NCBI GenBank assembly: GCA_002314795.1
Contig: DCHI01000031.1
Location: 2,157 to 66,156, forward strand
Reading direction: 5' to 3'
DNA length: 64,000 nt
Source of the DNA: Bacteroidales bacterium UBA1756
GTDB taxonomy: Bacteria > Bacteroidota > Bacteroidia > Bacteroidales > WCHB1-69
The notes below the pieces were generated by a model. It saw only the letters and a program-made list of their open reading frames with translations. It searched no databases and was not told the origin of the DNA. Made by a program: the position numbers and the translations under genes. Positions 27,453 through 37,544 of the stretch are shown here, piece by piece (the stretch's first letter is position 1; each line of letters opens with the position of its first letter).

Positions 27453-28169
27453 ATGATGAAAAAGAACATTCCGAATCTCATTACTTGTTGCAACTTAATC
27501 TCTGGCTGCCTCTCAATTCTCTGTGCTACAGCAGGAAACTTGAAATTGGCGTCGTACTTGATCTTAGCTTCCGCTGTCTTCGATTTCTTTGACGGATTTG
27601 CCGCTCGAATGCTGAAAGTTTCCTCTCCGATGGGTGTTGATATGGACTCGCTGTCCGACATTGTCTCCTTCGCTGTTGCCCCCACCATTATTTTGTTTAG
27701 TTTCCTCAATCAGTTGGTGGGCGAACTTCCGCCCGAATTGCGTTACAGTTCCGTCCGTCTCCTTCCATATCTGGTCTTTGTCATTCCGGCGTTTTCTGCA
27801 TTTCGCTTGGCAAAGTTTAATCACGATGAGCGCCAGCATACGGAATTTCGGGGACTTGCAACGCCCGCGAATGCTATGTTTATCGGGTTCCTTCATTTTT
27901 CAGCCGCGCGTATCCCGTTGCTCAATAATTTCTGGCTCGTGCTGTGTCTTTCCTTGGCTTTCGCCATTCTTTTAGTTACCGATCTGCCGATGTTTTCTTT
28001 GAAATTTAAAAACTTGCATTTTAAAGAAAATATGGTGCGATATATTTTCCTCGCCATCGGGCTTGTGCTGTTCTGCATCTTTGGTTTCGGTGCTTGCCCC
28101 ATCATCATTTTGGCATACATTCTAACCTCTTTAGTCCGTGTATTTTTAAGAAACTATTATGACATTTAA
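27453..28169 (+). CDS. pssA: CDP-diacylglycerol--serine O-phosphatidyltransferase
   Basis: Start chosen at MMKKNIPNLIT. CDP-alcohol phosphatidyltransferase motif DFFDGFAARMLKVSSPMGVDMDSLSD and multiple transmembrane helices. Confidence 0.85.
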   Translation: MMKKNIPNLITCCNLISGCLSILCATAGNLKLASYLILASAVFDFFDGFAARMLKVSSPMGVDMDSLSDIVSFAVAPTIILFSFLNQLVGELPPELRYSSVRLLPYLVFVIPAFSAFRLAKFNHDERQHTEFRGLATPANAMFIGFLHFSAARIPLLNNFWLVLCLSLAFAILLVTDLPMFSLKFKNLHFKENMVRYIFLAIGLVLFCIFGFGACPIIILAYILTSLVRVFLRNYYDI

Positions 28170-28755
28170 TCTCTCTTCCGTAGCGCTTTTTTGTGGCTCT
28201 TGTAGCGGCAATGGTGAAAAATATGTTCAGTTGGCTGCCGCCTTTGGCGCGAAATGTGCCGAATTGAATTTGACGCTCTATTACGGTGGCGCGCGTCTTG
28301 GCCTGATGCAAGCGGCCGCCGAAGCCGCCTTGGCTCGTTCCGGAAAAGTTATCGGCGTGATGCCCGAGCTTTTCGCCGACGATGTCGTCGTTGCCAACAA
28401 TATTACGGAAATGATCAAGGTGAAGTCAATGAGTGAACGGAAACAGACGTTGGAACGTTTGGCGGACGCTTTCGTTGCCCTTCCTGGCTCTTTTGGAACA
28501 ATGGACGAATTGTTTGAGATTTTAACAGATGCTCAGTTGGGATTGCATTCAAAGCCCATCGTAATTCTCAATGCCTTTGGGTATTACGACCATTTGATAA
28601 AGCAAGTTGATAAGTTTATGGAGGAGGGCTTTCTCCGTCCTTTCCATCGTGGGCTGTTGCTTGTCGCCACTTCTGTGGATGAAGTTTTTGAAAAATTAGA
28701 ATCGTACCAAAACCCGAATGACCAGGCTTGGTTGGACAAGCATATCGTCAGGTAA
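28159..28755 (+). CDS. LOG-family protein (TIGR00730-type nucleotide phosphoribohydrolase)
   Basis: Motifs GGARLGLM and PGSFGTMDELFE. It overlaps the pssA 3' end by 11 nt. Confidence 0.8.
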   Translation: MTFNLSSVALFCGSCSGNGEKYVQLAAAFGAKCAELNLTLYYGGARLGLMQAAAEAALARSGKVIGVMPELFADDVVVANNITEMIKVKSMSERKQTLERLADAFVALPGSFGTMDELFEILTDAQLGLHSKPIVILNAFGYYDHLIKQVDKFMEEGFLRPFHRGLLLVATSVDEVFEKLESYQNPNDQAWLDKHIVR

Positions 28756-28774
28756 TATTTTTTTGGACGTATAG

Positions 28775-29701
28775 TTATGCCTGAAGGATGTTGAGCTTTT
28801 TCGGCTCTAAACGGATTCTGTAATTTCCTGTTTGCAGCAATTCACCCTCCACTTCTCCTAACAAAGGAAGGGGAGAGGTCAGTTCTACTTGTGCCGTTCT
28901 TGTGGTCCGAACTTCTTTTAGCTGTAGATGTTTTCCCGTAAAAAGCCGTTTTACGTTGGCGGCTGCCTTTAATGGATTGATTTTTTGAATAGTAACAACG
29001 TCCAACATTCCGTCGTGTGGGTCCGCCATTGGAACCTGGCGCATTCCGTTCCCGTTGTATTGGGCATTTCCGACGGCAATGGTGAAAAGTGAATCCTCGT
29101 AACTGTCGTTGTCGGTTGTGACACGAACGCGTGTGGCTTTGTACTTGAACAGAATCTTGACAAGTTTGGTTAAATATACGGCTGCGGGAAAGATTTTTGG
29201 CTTCCCGTTGACGGTCTCGTTGATAACAGCGGCGTCGAAAGCAAAACCGGCAATGTTAATGAAGTGACGACGTGCTGTAACTTTCTCATCATTAACTGAT
29301 TCCACGATGCCAACGTCCGTTGGATGAAATTCGTTTTGGATAAAAAAGTCTATGATTTTTTTTGCCTCAGGATAATGAAGTGTGCGGCAGAAGTCGTTGC
29401 CCGTTCCAAGCGGGATGATGGCTAAGTAAACTTCGCTTGGGTTGACTTCGGAGCGATAAATCCCGTTGACGATTTCATTGACGCTGCCGTCGCCTCCAAC
29501 GACGATGAGATGACGCTTCCCCGAACGGCAAAGCTCTTCTGCGATTTCTATGCCCTTTCCAGTTCCTTTTGCGATGTGAAGCGTGTAATTGACACCTCGT
29601 TCGTCAAGTTCTGTCAGAATCTTTTTTTCTAATAAGGCGCGTTGTTCGGTGAGTGCGTTGGGGTTTGCTATGATTTGCCATTCGGCAGCCATCAGATCCA
29701 T
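28775..29701 (-). CDS. diacylglycerol/lipid kinase family protein (YegS/BmrU-like)
   Basis: Start chosen at MDLMAAEWQ. It carries the DAGK catalytic motif VVGGDGSVNEIVNG. Confidence 0.8.
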   Translation of the reverse strand: MDLMAAEWQIIANPNALTEQRALLEKKILTELDERGVNYTLHIAKGTGKGIEIAEELCRSGKRHLIVVGGDGSVNEIVNGIYRSEVNPSEVYLAIIPLGTGNDFCRTLHYPEAKKIIDFFIQNEFHPTDVGIVESVNDEKVTARRHFINIAGFAFDAAVINETVNGKPKIFPAAVYLTKLVKILFKYKATRVRVTTDNDSYEDSLFTIAVGNAQYNGNGMRQVPMADPHDGMLDVVTIQKINPLKAAANVKRLFTGKHLQLKEVRTTRTAQVELTSPLPLLGEVEGELLQTGNYRIRLEPKKLNILQA

Positions 29702-29783
29702 AGGCGATAATTCTTTGCGGATGTTAACAAAAAAAGGAGCGGCTGTAGCAGGCAACCGCTCCTTGGTTTATTCATTTTAAAGA

Positions 29784-30857
29784 TTAGGCGTACAATTCTT
29801 CAAAAATCTTTCTGAGTTCCGGACTTTCGCGGAGTTCTTGGAGTGTGAATTCAGCGTGTCCTTTGGTGTAACCATTACCCATAATCATATTTACGTCAGA
29901 ACCGATACCTTCTGCACCGAGAGATGCTTTGGTGAAACTGGTTGCCATAGAGAAGAAATAAACGATACCGTCATCTTTTGTGCAGAGAACAGCCGTCATT
30001 TCTTGGTCAGGAACGTTGACGCAGTTGATGGTAACGTCAGCCATCTTACCATTGGTGAGTTTTTCAATGAGTTCATAGACTTGAACTGGGGTCATTCCGG
30101 CAGCGCTTTCTACGATGTCGCAGAAACCGAGTTCTTTGATACGTTGGGTTGATTTCGGGCTGTTTGCAATACCGATAACTTTTCCGGTAACGCCAACGCG
30201 CTTTTTAGCTTCGTAGCAGCAAAGCATACCGCTCTTGCCACCTGCACCGAGGATGACAACCGTTTGACCATATTGACAAAGCTTTGCGGTTTGTGCGGGA
30301 GCACCAGCAACGTCTAATGCTGAAAGAGCAAGCTTTTCGGGCATATCGGTAGGAATCTTTGCATAGATGCCGCTTTCGAACAAAATGGCTTTTCCTTTGA
30401 TGTCAACTTGGTCAACATCGGGACGGATTTCGAGGATTTCGTCGATGCGCAAAGGAGTCAAAGAAAGGGAAACGAGCGTAGCAATGCGGTCGCCTTCTTT
30501 CAAATCGATTTTTCCTTTCAGTGCGTCACCGATTTTTTCAACTTTGCCCAAAAGCATACCACCGGAACCGGTACGACGGTTTCTGTGCTTGCCTTGAAGT
30601 TCAACGTTGAGGAGCATTTCCTTCTTGACTTCTTCCATAACCTTTTCTACGCTTGCGCCTTCGCCAGCTTGCTGTTTGGCATAGTTGTGAATGTCGGTGA
30701 ATGAAGCGGAATCGATGTTCAATGTCTGAACGTCGATGAGGATTTCATTGTCATAAATGACATCCATATTGTTGTCCAATTTGTTAGCCGGTTGTGGGAG
30801 AACTCCCTTCGGTTCAATGACGCGATGCGTGCCGTACTTATTTCCTTTTGGTTGCAT
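29784..30857 (-). CDS. kdd: L-erythro-3,5-diaminohexanoate dehydrogenase-like protein
   Basis: The N-terminus (KYGTHRVIEPKGVLPQPA), the segment LSLTPLRIDEI and the Rossmann motif ILGAGGKSG closely resemble my memory of Kdd from the lysine-fermentation pathway. Not verified by search. Confidence 0.65.
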   Translation of the reverse strand: MQPKGNKYGTHRVIEPKGVLPQPANKLDNNMDVIYDNEILIDVQTLNIDSASFTDIHNYAKQQAGEGASVEKVMEEVKKEMLLNVELQGKHRNRRTGSGGMLLGKVEKIGDALKGKIDLKEGDRIATLVSLSLTPLRIDEILEIRPDVDQVDIKGKAILFESGIYAKIPTDMPEKLALSALDVAGAPAQTAKLCQYGQTVVILGAGGKSGMLCCYEAKKRVGVTGKVIGIANSPKSTQRIKELGFCDIVESAAGMTPVQVYELIEKLTNGKMADVTINCVNVPDQEMTAVLCTKDDGIVYFFSMATSFTKASLGAEGIGSDVNMIMGNGYTKGHAEFTLQELRESPELRKIFEELYA

Positions 30858-30912
30858 AACTTATTTATTTTAAAGTGGTTAATATTGTTTTTCTTTTTTT
30901 TGAAAGCGGTGG

Positions 30913-30920
30913 CAAATTTA
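30913..30920 (-). promoter_or_regulatory. Bacteroidota -7 box (TAAATTTG) for the kdd-like gene
   Basis: The minus strand reads TAAATTTGCCACC, 56 nt upstream of the ATG at 30857. Confidence 0.5.
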
Positions 30921-30944
30921 CACTTTTTTTCTTAATTTCAAATA

Positions 30945-30974
30945 AAAAAAGATGCCTTTGACAGCATCTTTTTT
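30945..30974. terminator. rho-independent terminator downstream of the C10 peptidase gene
   Basis: AAAAAAGATGC-ctttgaca-GCATCTTTTTT, with A/T runs on both sides. Confidence 0.65.
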
Positions 30975-30999
30975 ATCCCTTTTCAAAAAAAAGTTCGTC

Positions 31000-32394
31000 T
31001 TATAATTTAACCACTTTTTTGGTGATGGTCTTTCCTTCGCGGGTGAGCCGTACAAAGTAGGTTCCGGGGGCCAAGCCGCCAACGTCAATGGTGCGGAGGC
31101 CGCTAATCGTTTCTTTTTCAATCACCAAATTGCCGACCATATCGTAAACTCTGATGGTGGCCGCGGATTCTCCGCAATCAACTACGATTTCAGATACTGC
31201 CGGATTGGGATAGACCGTTACATTCCACGCAGCGTTTTCGGTCACACTGTTGGTCTCCAGCGGACGAATGTGCATAACGGCACCGTGTGAACTGTTGAAA
31301 TTGTATTGGGCATTCAGATTATCAACGGCATAGTAACCGTTGTAGATTCCGCCCCAACCCATATTGAAATGAAAGTAGTTCTCTGTGTTGTAGCCGTCGC
31401 AAACAAATTCGTGTCCGCCTTCCGTTGCGTAGGCGCAATAGATGATGGGACGTCCTAAGTCAAGGTCGCTTTTTAAAAGTGTTTCCCAGTCTCCGTTGTA
31501 GTTGTTTTTCCAGACGGTAAGGCATTCGTCATATTTGAAATAGGTTTCCAATGCCTCGGCTATGTCGTCGTGAAAAGCCATACTCCCTTGATTCCCGTAC
31601 CACATTTCGAGAGCCACGCCGCAGTGATACAGCAAAGTGGGAATCGCCATTGTGATACTGGTTCCCACCACGTTGGGCATACTGGCGTAGTTGTAGGTTG
31701 TATTACCGAAGTTGGCACTTAACGTTCCGTAGTCGCCGTAAAGCCCGCCTAAGGAACTGGAATGGTTGCATTCGTAACTGTGCGAGCCCGTTCCTTTGGT
31801 CGGATGTTGCCAGAAACGGATGACTTGTCCCATCGAAAGGGCGCAGCAACCCGCGTAACAGTGGCCTCCTGGACCGTTGGCATCTGCGGGACAAAGCGCA
31901 TTGTAGCCGTTATTCTGATTCCAATTGTTGCCGCCCATCAGGGCATCCACAGCATTTGTGGTGCGGTTGAGTGCGTAACTGCCGTTGGATAGTGCTGCCC
32001 ATTCTCCAACCAATTCGTCACTCGCCTCGGGAACGTTTTCCATTATAGCACCAATCTCTTCCACGTATCCGTTCAACAGATCTTGAAGGCCGAATGGAAG
32101 GTCTGCCGCATTGAAATTCCCTTCTGTTGAATAGCCCAGAATGGGTTTTACGCGGTCGTCAGCACTGACGATGACGAATCCGTTTTCAATGTTGTAAACG
32201 TTGAAGCAGTCGGTTGCGTGGCCACGGACCTGCTTTTGTCCCGTGAAAGCCAGATGTGCCGTTACGCTGGAGCTGCCAACGTGCACTTTGTAAAAGTTTT
32301 GTGCAACTCTCTGTTGCATCGCAGGGTCGATCGGAGCTGCCCAGTTCATTCCAACCAATGCCGAAATAACTAAAAACAGTAAAAATCTTTTCAT
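31000..32394 (-). CDS. C10-family cysteine peptidase (streptopain/interpain-like) with an N-terminal inhibitor prodomain and a T9SS C-terminal domain
   Basis: Signal peptide, then a prodomain-like segment (VIVSADDRVKPILGYS). Catalytic Cys context YAGCCALSMGQV and His context GGHEFVCDGY...FNMGWGG. The T9SS tail is VTVYPNPA...GTYFVRL. Confidence 0.8.
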   Translation of the reverse strand: MKRFLLFLVISALVGMNWAAPIDPAMQQRVAQNFYKVHVGSSSVTAHLAFTGQKQVRGHATDCFNVYNIENGFVIVSADDRVKPILGYSTEGNFNAADLPFGLQDLLNGYVEEIGAIMENVPEASDELVGEWAALSNGSYALNRTTNAVDALMGGNNWNQNNGYNALCPADANGPGGHCYAGCCALSMGQVIRFWQHPTKGTGSHSYECNHSSSLGGLYGDYGTLSANFGNTTYNYASMPNVVGTSITMAIPTLLYHCGVALEMWYGNQGSMAFHDDIAEALETYFKYDECLTVWKNNYNGDWETLLKSDLDLGRPIIYCAYATEGGHEFVCDGYNTENYFHFNMGWGGIYNGYYAVDNLNAQYNFNSSHGAVMHIRPLETNSVTENAAWNVTVYPNPAVSEIVVDCGESAATIRVYDMVGNLVIEKETISGLRTIDVGGLAPGTYFVRLTREGKTITKKVVKL

Positions 32395-32435
32395 ATTTTT
32401 TTTGTTTTGATGAAGGATTTTATGATAAAACTCTA

Positions 32436-33197
32436 TTATTTAAGATTCAGAACGTTGGCAGTCGTGACATCTGCTACTTTTTCAATGGAACATTCGAAAA
32501 TGTCGGCCACGGCTTGAGCGATAATAGGGATGTATGAGCTTTCGTTGCGTGTGCCGCGATAGGGCGTCGGAGCAAGGAAAGGCGCGTCCGTTTCTAATGC
32601 AATATGCTCTAATCCAACAATTTTGATAATATCTTTGAGCTTGTTGTTTTTGAATGTGATGACTCCGCCCACGCCAAGCAGGTAGCCCTCTTTCACAGCC
32701 CATTGTGCCTCTTGAATTCCGCCGGAAAAGCAGTGGAGGATTCCTTTTAATCCGCTTCCTGAGAATTCACGAAGAATCTCTATCGCCTCCGCGTAGGCAC
32801 TGCGAATGTGCATAGAGACGGGTAGCCGACGCTGGCAAGCCCACTCCAATTGTCTGGCAAAAACGATTCTTTGTTCTTCCAATTTGTCAGTTGAATGGTA
32901 CAAATCCATTCCGATTTCTCCGATTCCAACCACGCGCGGATCGTCCAAATACTTTTCTAAAATGGAAAGTTCCTGTTCGTAGTCCTCCGGAATATCTGTC
33001 GGATGCAGGCCTACTAACGGGAACAGGTTGTCGGGATATTGTTCGACAGCTGAAAAAATGTCTGCGAGACTTTGTGAAGTGACGCTGGGGAGTACGACTT
33101 TCGTTACATCTGCTTGGATAGCACGAAGGATGACCTGGTCAAGATCATCCTCGTAGTATTCTTTGTATAAATGTCCGTGGGAGTCAATAAAGGTCAT
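32436..33197 (-). CDS. TatD-family metal-dependent hydrolase
   Basis: Start chosen at MTFIDSHGHLY (HxH motif), with an ATGA overlap on the upstream ompH stop. Confidence 0.85.
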   Translation of the reverse strand: MTFIDSHGHLYKEYYEDDLDQVILRAIQADVTKVVLPSVTSQSLADIFSAVEQYPDNLFPLVGLHPTDIPEDYEQELSILEKYLDDPRVVGIGEIGMDLYHSTDKLEEQRIVFARQLEWACQRRLPVSMHIRSAYAEAIEILREFSGSGLKGILHCFSGGIQEAQWAVKEGYLLGVGGVITFKNNKLKDIIKIVGLEHIALETDAPFLAPTPYRGTRNESSYIPIIAQAVADIFECSIEKVADVTTANVLNLK

Positions 33198-33703
33198 TTC
33201 TTTAGCCCTAATTTTTCCTTTACTTTGGCTGTTAAATCGGTGGAATCCCAATGGTATGCCACTGTTGTTGTGTCAAAAACGTAGGTGAAATTCTCTGCTT
33301 TTGCAACTTCCTTAATGGCCTGTGTTACCTTTTCTTGAACTGGTGCAAGCAATTCGGCTTGTTTGGCTTGCAACTGACTTTGAGCACCTTCGGCAAATGC
33401 CTGAAGACGTTCGTACATATCTTCTAATTCCTTTTGTTTTACTTTCGCCACTGCGGGACTCATTGTGGCTTGCTTTTGTGCAAACTCTTCATATTTGGTC
33501 TGAAACTCTTGCTGCATCACTTCTCCGTCTGCTTCAAGACTTGCCTTGAGATTCCTGATAGTCACCTGTGCGCTATCGGTTTCGGGCATTACAGCAATGA
33601 TTCCAGCATAATCCACGTGGCCGAATTTAGCTTTCTGCGCCATCACTTCATTTCCTGAAAGAAGAATGAAAACGATGGCCGCTATATAGAGAATTCTTTT
33701 CAT
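33194..33703 (-). CDS. OmpH/Skp-family periplasmic chaperone (paralog 3)
   Basis: 169 aa with a signal peptide. The helical Q/E/K-rich core and the ending (TYVFD...) are typical of OmpH. Confidence 0.8.
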   Translation of the reverse strand: MKRILYIAAIVFILLSGNEVMAQKAKFGHVDYAGIIAVMPETDSAQVTIRNLKASLEADGEVMQQEFQTKYEEFAQKQATMSPAVAKVKQKELEDMYERLQAFAEGAQSQLQAKQAELLAPVQEKVTQAIKEVAKAENFTYVFDTTTVAYHWDSTDLTAKVKEKLGLKK

Positions 33704-33734
33704 AAGAAATTAAAAATTAAGTGGTTGAAACAAA

Positions 33735-34232
33735 TTATTTGACGCCTAATTTCTTCTTTACCAGCGCGCTGACATCGTCACCACCTTCGGAATAGAGAAG
33801 TACTTGCGTGTCAAAAATATAGGCATAGCTGTTTTCTTTTGCCACCTCTTCGATTGCTTTTAAGATGCGGTCTTGGAAAGGTTGCATCAGTTCCAATTGC
33901 TTTTCTTGCATATCACTTTGAACGCCTTCTTGAAATTCAACGATACGATTTTGCAAGTCAGTAAGTTCTTTTTCGCGATATTGACGTACGGTTGTGGACA
34001 TTGTGCCTGCTTCTTGGTCGAATTTTTCTTTTTTGCTTTGAAATTCGGATACCATTCCCGCGTAGATTTCGGTCAATTCTGTTTCAAATGCTTTCAGTTT
34101 GATTTGTATGGAATCGGCGCCCGGCATAGCAAGAAACATCTCCTGCGTATTGACGTGACCGTATTTTTGTGCGTAGGTACTTGTTGTACTGACAAATAAA
34201 AGGGCAGCAAGTGCTAATAAAACTTTTTTCAT
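33735..34232 (-). CDS. OmpH/Skp-family periplasmic chaperone (paralog 2)
   Basis: 165 aa with a signal peptide. Same architecture, clearly paralogous to 33194..33703. Confidence 0.8.
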   Translation of the reverse strand: MKKVLLALAALLFVSTTSTYAQKYGHVNTQEMFLAMPGADSIQIKLKAFETELTEIYAGMVSEFQSKKEKFDQEAGTMSTTVRQYREKELTDLQNRIVEFQEGVQSDMQEKQLELMQPFQDRILKAIEEVAKENSYAYIFDTQVLLYSEGGDDVSALVKKKLGVK

Positions 34233-34289
34233 AGTTGTAATAATCTTTTCTATAAGTTAATTATGTGATTATCTGTTTGAAATAGAGGG

Positions 34290-34835
34290 TTACTTATCGT
34301 CGTCCTCGTCGTCATTATCGCTGGCTGTGACACCTAACTTCTGCATAATCTGATCGTTGATGTCCCATTTGGGGTCGGCATAAATGATGGTCATAGAGCC
34401 GGCAACGTCAAATACGAAGGCGTAACCCTTTTCTTTGGCATATTCATCGATGGCCGTGAAGACGCGGTCTTGGATGGGTTTAACTAATTCTTCTCTTTTC
34501 TTAAAAAGGTCTCCGTCTGTTCCGAAACGTTTCTTTTGCAAATCCTTTGCCGCTTTTTCAGCTGCGATGATGGCGTCTTCACGTTTCTTCTTCATATTGT
34601 CGGGGAGGGTGATGGCTTCCGTCTGATATTTTTTATACATCGAGTCGATGGAAGCGAATTTCTTTTCGATTTCCTTCTGCCATTCACCAGCGAGGCGATC
34701 CAATTCGGCTTGGGCTTCGGTGTAATCCGGCATATTCCCCAAAATGTACTCTGAATCAATGTAGGCATATTTCTGACCGAAAGTGGGTAATGTCAAGAAA
34801 GCCACGATGATAACTAATAAAATACTTTTTTTCAT
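34290..34835 (-). CDS. OmpH/Skp-family periplasmic chaperone (paralog 1) with an acidic C-terminal tail
   Basis: 181 aa with a signal peptide and OmpH-like core. It ends in SDNDDEDDDK. Confidence 0.8.
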   Translation of the reverse strand: MKKSILLVIIVAFLTLPTFGQKYAYIDSEYILGNMPDYTEAQAELDRLAGEWQKEIEKKFASIDSMYKKYQTEAITLPDNMKKKREDAIIAAEKAAKDLQKKRFGTDGDLFKKREELVKPIQDRVFTAIDEYAKEKGYAFVFDVAGSMTIIYADPKWDINDQIMQKLGVTASDNDDEDDDK

Positions 34836-34900
34836 ATCTGAATATTTTTATTTACGACTTGTGTAAAACGTTGTTGCTCTTCTTTTATTTTGTTTAAGGA

Positions 34901-37519
34901 CTAATCAATGGATTGGTTGATGGAGATGTGGAAGTGGCTTCCGTTGGCACCAGACAATCCGGGAACTTCGTCGAAACCGTAGCCCCAGTCGAAGCCGAGG
35001 AGTCCGAACATCGGCAGATAGATACGGATGCCGAGACCGGCTGACTTGTACAGGTTGAACGGGGTGTATTCGCGCTGGTGGTTCCAGTCACGTCCTGCTT
35101 CTGCAAAAGCAAGGATGTAAATCGTTGCACTCGGATTCAACGTGATGGGGTAGCGGAGTTCTGCGGTGAATTTATTGAAGATGGTACCACCGACTTCGCT
35201 GCCGTTTTCAATAGGTGTCAGTGCGCTGTCATCGTAACCGCGCATACCGATGATTTCACGTCCGTCGAGTGCCCAGCTGGAAAGTCCGTCACCACCGAGA
35301 TAGAAGCGTTCGAACGGCGGCGCCCCGATGTCCTTGTTGTACCAACCGATGAAACCAGTTTTCAAACGAACGTTCAGCACCAAATTGTCCACGATTTTGG
35401 TAAACCACGAGATGTTGAATTTCCACTTGTGGAATTCAAGGAATTTGTACTTCTCTTGGTCGGTTGCTGTAGTATAATCTTTGTTGCTGAATGCAGAGTA
35501 GGGGGGCGTCAACTGTACGGAGAAGGTGATTTCGGAACCTTCGCGCGGGTATATTGGCGCACTGACGGAATTACGCGTCAAAGTGAATTTGTAACTGATG
35601 TTGTTTGCATAACCGTCACTGAAAATAAAGATACTACTATAATTATGTACGTTATAATACTGGTAAATTAAACTATGCGAAAGTTGGAAATAGTCGTCGG
35701 GCCATTTCAGCTTTTTGCCAAAAGTAACATTGGCACCCAGGATTCGGATGGCCGCGAATGCATCGTCGGAACGGGAATAGCCGTTGGTCTGCACCTGATA
35801 ATAAACGTTGGCAGCCAATGTGTTCGGTTTTTTGCCGCCAAGCCAGGGTTCCACAAATGAGAAGCTGTAGGACTGGTACCAGACTGCGTTGGTAGAAATC
35901 TTCAACGACAATTTTTGACCGTCTCCGGAGGGAATGGGCTTCCAAGCATCTTTTTTGAAAAATTTTCTGAAAGAGAAGTTGTTGAAAGAGATTCCCGCAC
36001 TAAGCACCAGACCGGTGGCACCGTAGCCCGCTGAGAGTTCCAACTGGTCGGACGATGTTTCTTCTACCACGTATTCGATATCCACTGTCCCATCCGCTTC
36101 GTTCGGTGTCGGGCGGACGTCCATTTTTTCTTGGTTAAAGTAGCCCGTTGACAAAAGTACCTGTTGGGAGCGGATAATGTCGGCACGATTGAAGAGCTGT
36201 CCTGGAATCGTCGTCACTTCACGAAGGATGACGTTGTCGTTGGTCTTCGTGTTGCCACTTACCGAAATCTTGTTGTAGGTGGCCTGCTGTCCTTCGCGAA
36301 TACGGATTTCAATGTCGATGGAGTCCCCTTCAATAAGAACTTCCGTCGGGTTCGCCGAGAAAAACAGGTAGCCATCATTCATATACAAAGAACTGATGTC
36401 GTTTCCATCCTTGTTCATACTGATGTTTTCCATCAGCAGTGTTTGATTGTAAACGTCACCGCGTTCGATGCTGAGTATTCTTCTAAGAACTTCCGACGAA
36501 TATTTGGTGTTTCCAACGAAATCAATGTTTCTGAAATAGTATCGAGGACCTTCGTCAACGGTGATGTCAATGTAGGCGAGGTTCTTTTTGACGTAGAAAG
36601 TGTCTTTTATAATCTGTGCGTCACGATAACCCAACTCGTTGAATTTTTCAATCAAGTGCGTTTTGTCTTCTTCATAAACGCCTTTGATGAATTTGGATGC
36701 CTTGAAAATGTGGAAGTTGACACGTCCGGCAAAGTAATCGGCTAAGTGTTCAATGATATCTTTTGAACGATAATAGTCGGGATGTTTGAGCATATAACGA
36801 ATCACCGTGTCCGCTTTGTAAAATGGCGTGAAGTGAAAGCGTTCCTTCGTGCTCTTCATCGCTTTCAGCAGCTTCGCATTGGAGACGTTGTTGTTCCCGA
36901 TAAAAGTGATGCGGTCAATCTTGATTTTCTTTCCCTTGTTGATGTGGAAATAGAGGTTGACAGCTTTTGTCACCTTTTCGTCAGGTTTTTCTTCTACGAA
37001 AACGTCGCAGTTGTAAAAACCTTTGTCAATGTAAAAATCTTTTATAAGATTGATACACGTGGTTTTAAGATTGTCGTTGACAATATTTCCTTGCGAGATT
37101 TTGAGTTTCTCTCTCAAGTCGGTCTCTTCGTTTTTCTTAGCACCGACGAAAGCGAAAGCTAACATTCTTGAGCGTGCTTCCAAGTAAATGTCAAAGAAAG
37201 CCGTGTTGCCGACGGTTTTGGTGATGGAAATACGAATGTTTTCGTAAAGTCCTGTACTCCAAAGCTTTTTTATGGTATTGGAAATCTTATCCCCCGGAAT
37301 ATCAACCTGTTCACCTACCTGAAAAAGAAGCAAACGTTGATCTAAAGCTCCTGAACCGGAGGTTGTGATTCCGCCGACTTCATAGGTGACGGGATTGGCG
37401 TAATCTATCTCAAAATGGGAAACAGTGTCTTCGGAAGTGAGTACAACTTGAGCGAAACCGATAATGTTTGTGAACATTATCGCTAAGAATATCAATAGTT
37501 TATGGTTGAATTTCGTCAA
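34901..37519 (-). CDS. bamA: outer membrane protein assembly factor BamA
   Basis: 872 aa with repeated POTRA-like modules and a C-terminal Omp85 barrel, in conserved uppS-bamA-ompH order. The only start that keeps a signal peptide is TTG at 37519. Confidence 0.9.
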   Translation of the reverse strand: MTKFNHKLLIFLAIMFTNIIGFAQVVLTSEDTVSHFEIDYANPVTYEVGGITTSGSGALDQRLLLFQVGEQVDIPGDKISNTIKKLWSTGLYENIRISITKTVGNTAFFDIYLEARSRMLAFAFVGAKKNEETDLREKLKISQGNIVNDNLKTTCINLIKDFYIDKGFYNCDVFVEEKPDEKVTKAVNLYFHINKGKKIKIDRITFIGNNNVSNAKLLKAMKSTKERFHFTPFYKADTVIRYMLKHPDYYRSKDIIEHLADYFAGRVNFHIFKASKFIKGVYEEDKTHLIEKFNELGYRDAQIIKDTFYVKKNLAYIDITVDEGPRYYFRNIDFVGNTKYSSEVLRRILSIERGDVYNQTLLMENISMNKDGNDISSLYMNDGYLFFSANPTEVLIEGDSIDIEIRIREGQQATYNKISVSGNTKTNDNVILREVTTIPGQLFNRADIIRSQQVLLSTGYFNQEKMDVRPTPNEADGTVDIEYVVEETSSDQLELSAGYGATGLVLSAGISFNNFSFRKFFKKDAWKPIPSGDGQKLSLKISTNAVWYQSYSFSFVEPWLGGKKPNTLAANVYYQVQTNGYSRSDDAFAAIRILGANVTFGKKLKWPDDYFQLSHSLIYQYYNVHNYSSIFIFSDGYANNISYKFTLTRNSVSAPIYPREGSEITFSVQLTPPYSAFSNKDYTTATDQEKYKFLEFHKWKFNISWFTKIVDNLVLNVRLKTGFIGWYNKDIGAPPFERFYLGGDGLSSWALDGREIIGMRGYDDSALTPIENGSEVGGTIFNKFTAELRYPITLNPSATIYILAFAEAGRDWNHQREYTPFNLYKSAGLGIRIYLPMFGLLGFDWGYGFDEVPGLSGANGSHFHISINQSID

Positions 37520-37544
37520 TGTTTCCGTTGTAAAATTAGGGAGG

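Noticed and set aside
28159-28755. LOG-family protein as a possible defence-associated nucleotide-processing enzyme
   Set aside because: It overlaps pssA in a housekeeping lipid-synthesis context, it is a stand-alone canonical-length LOG, and no sensor or effector partners are present.
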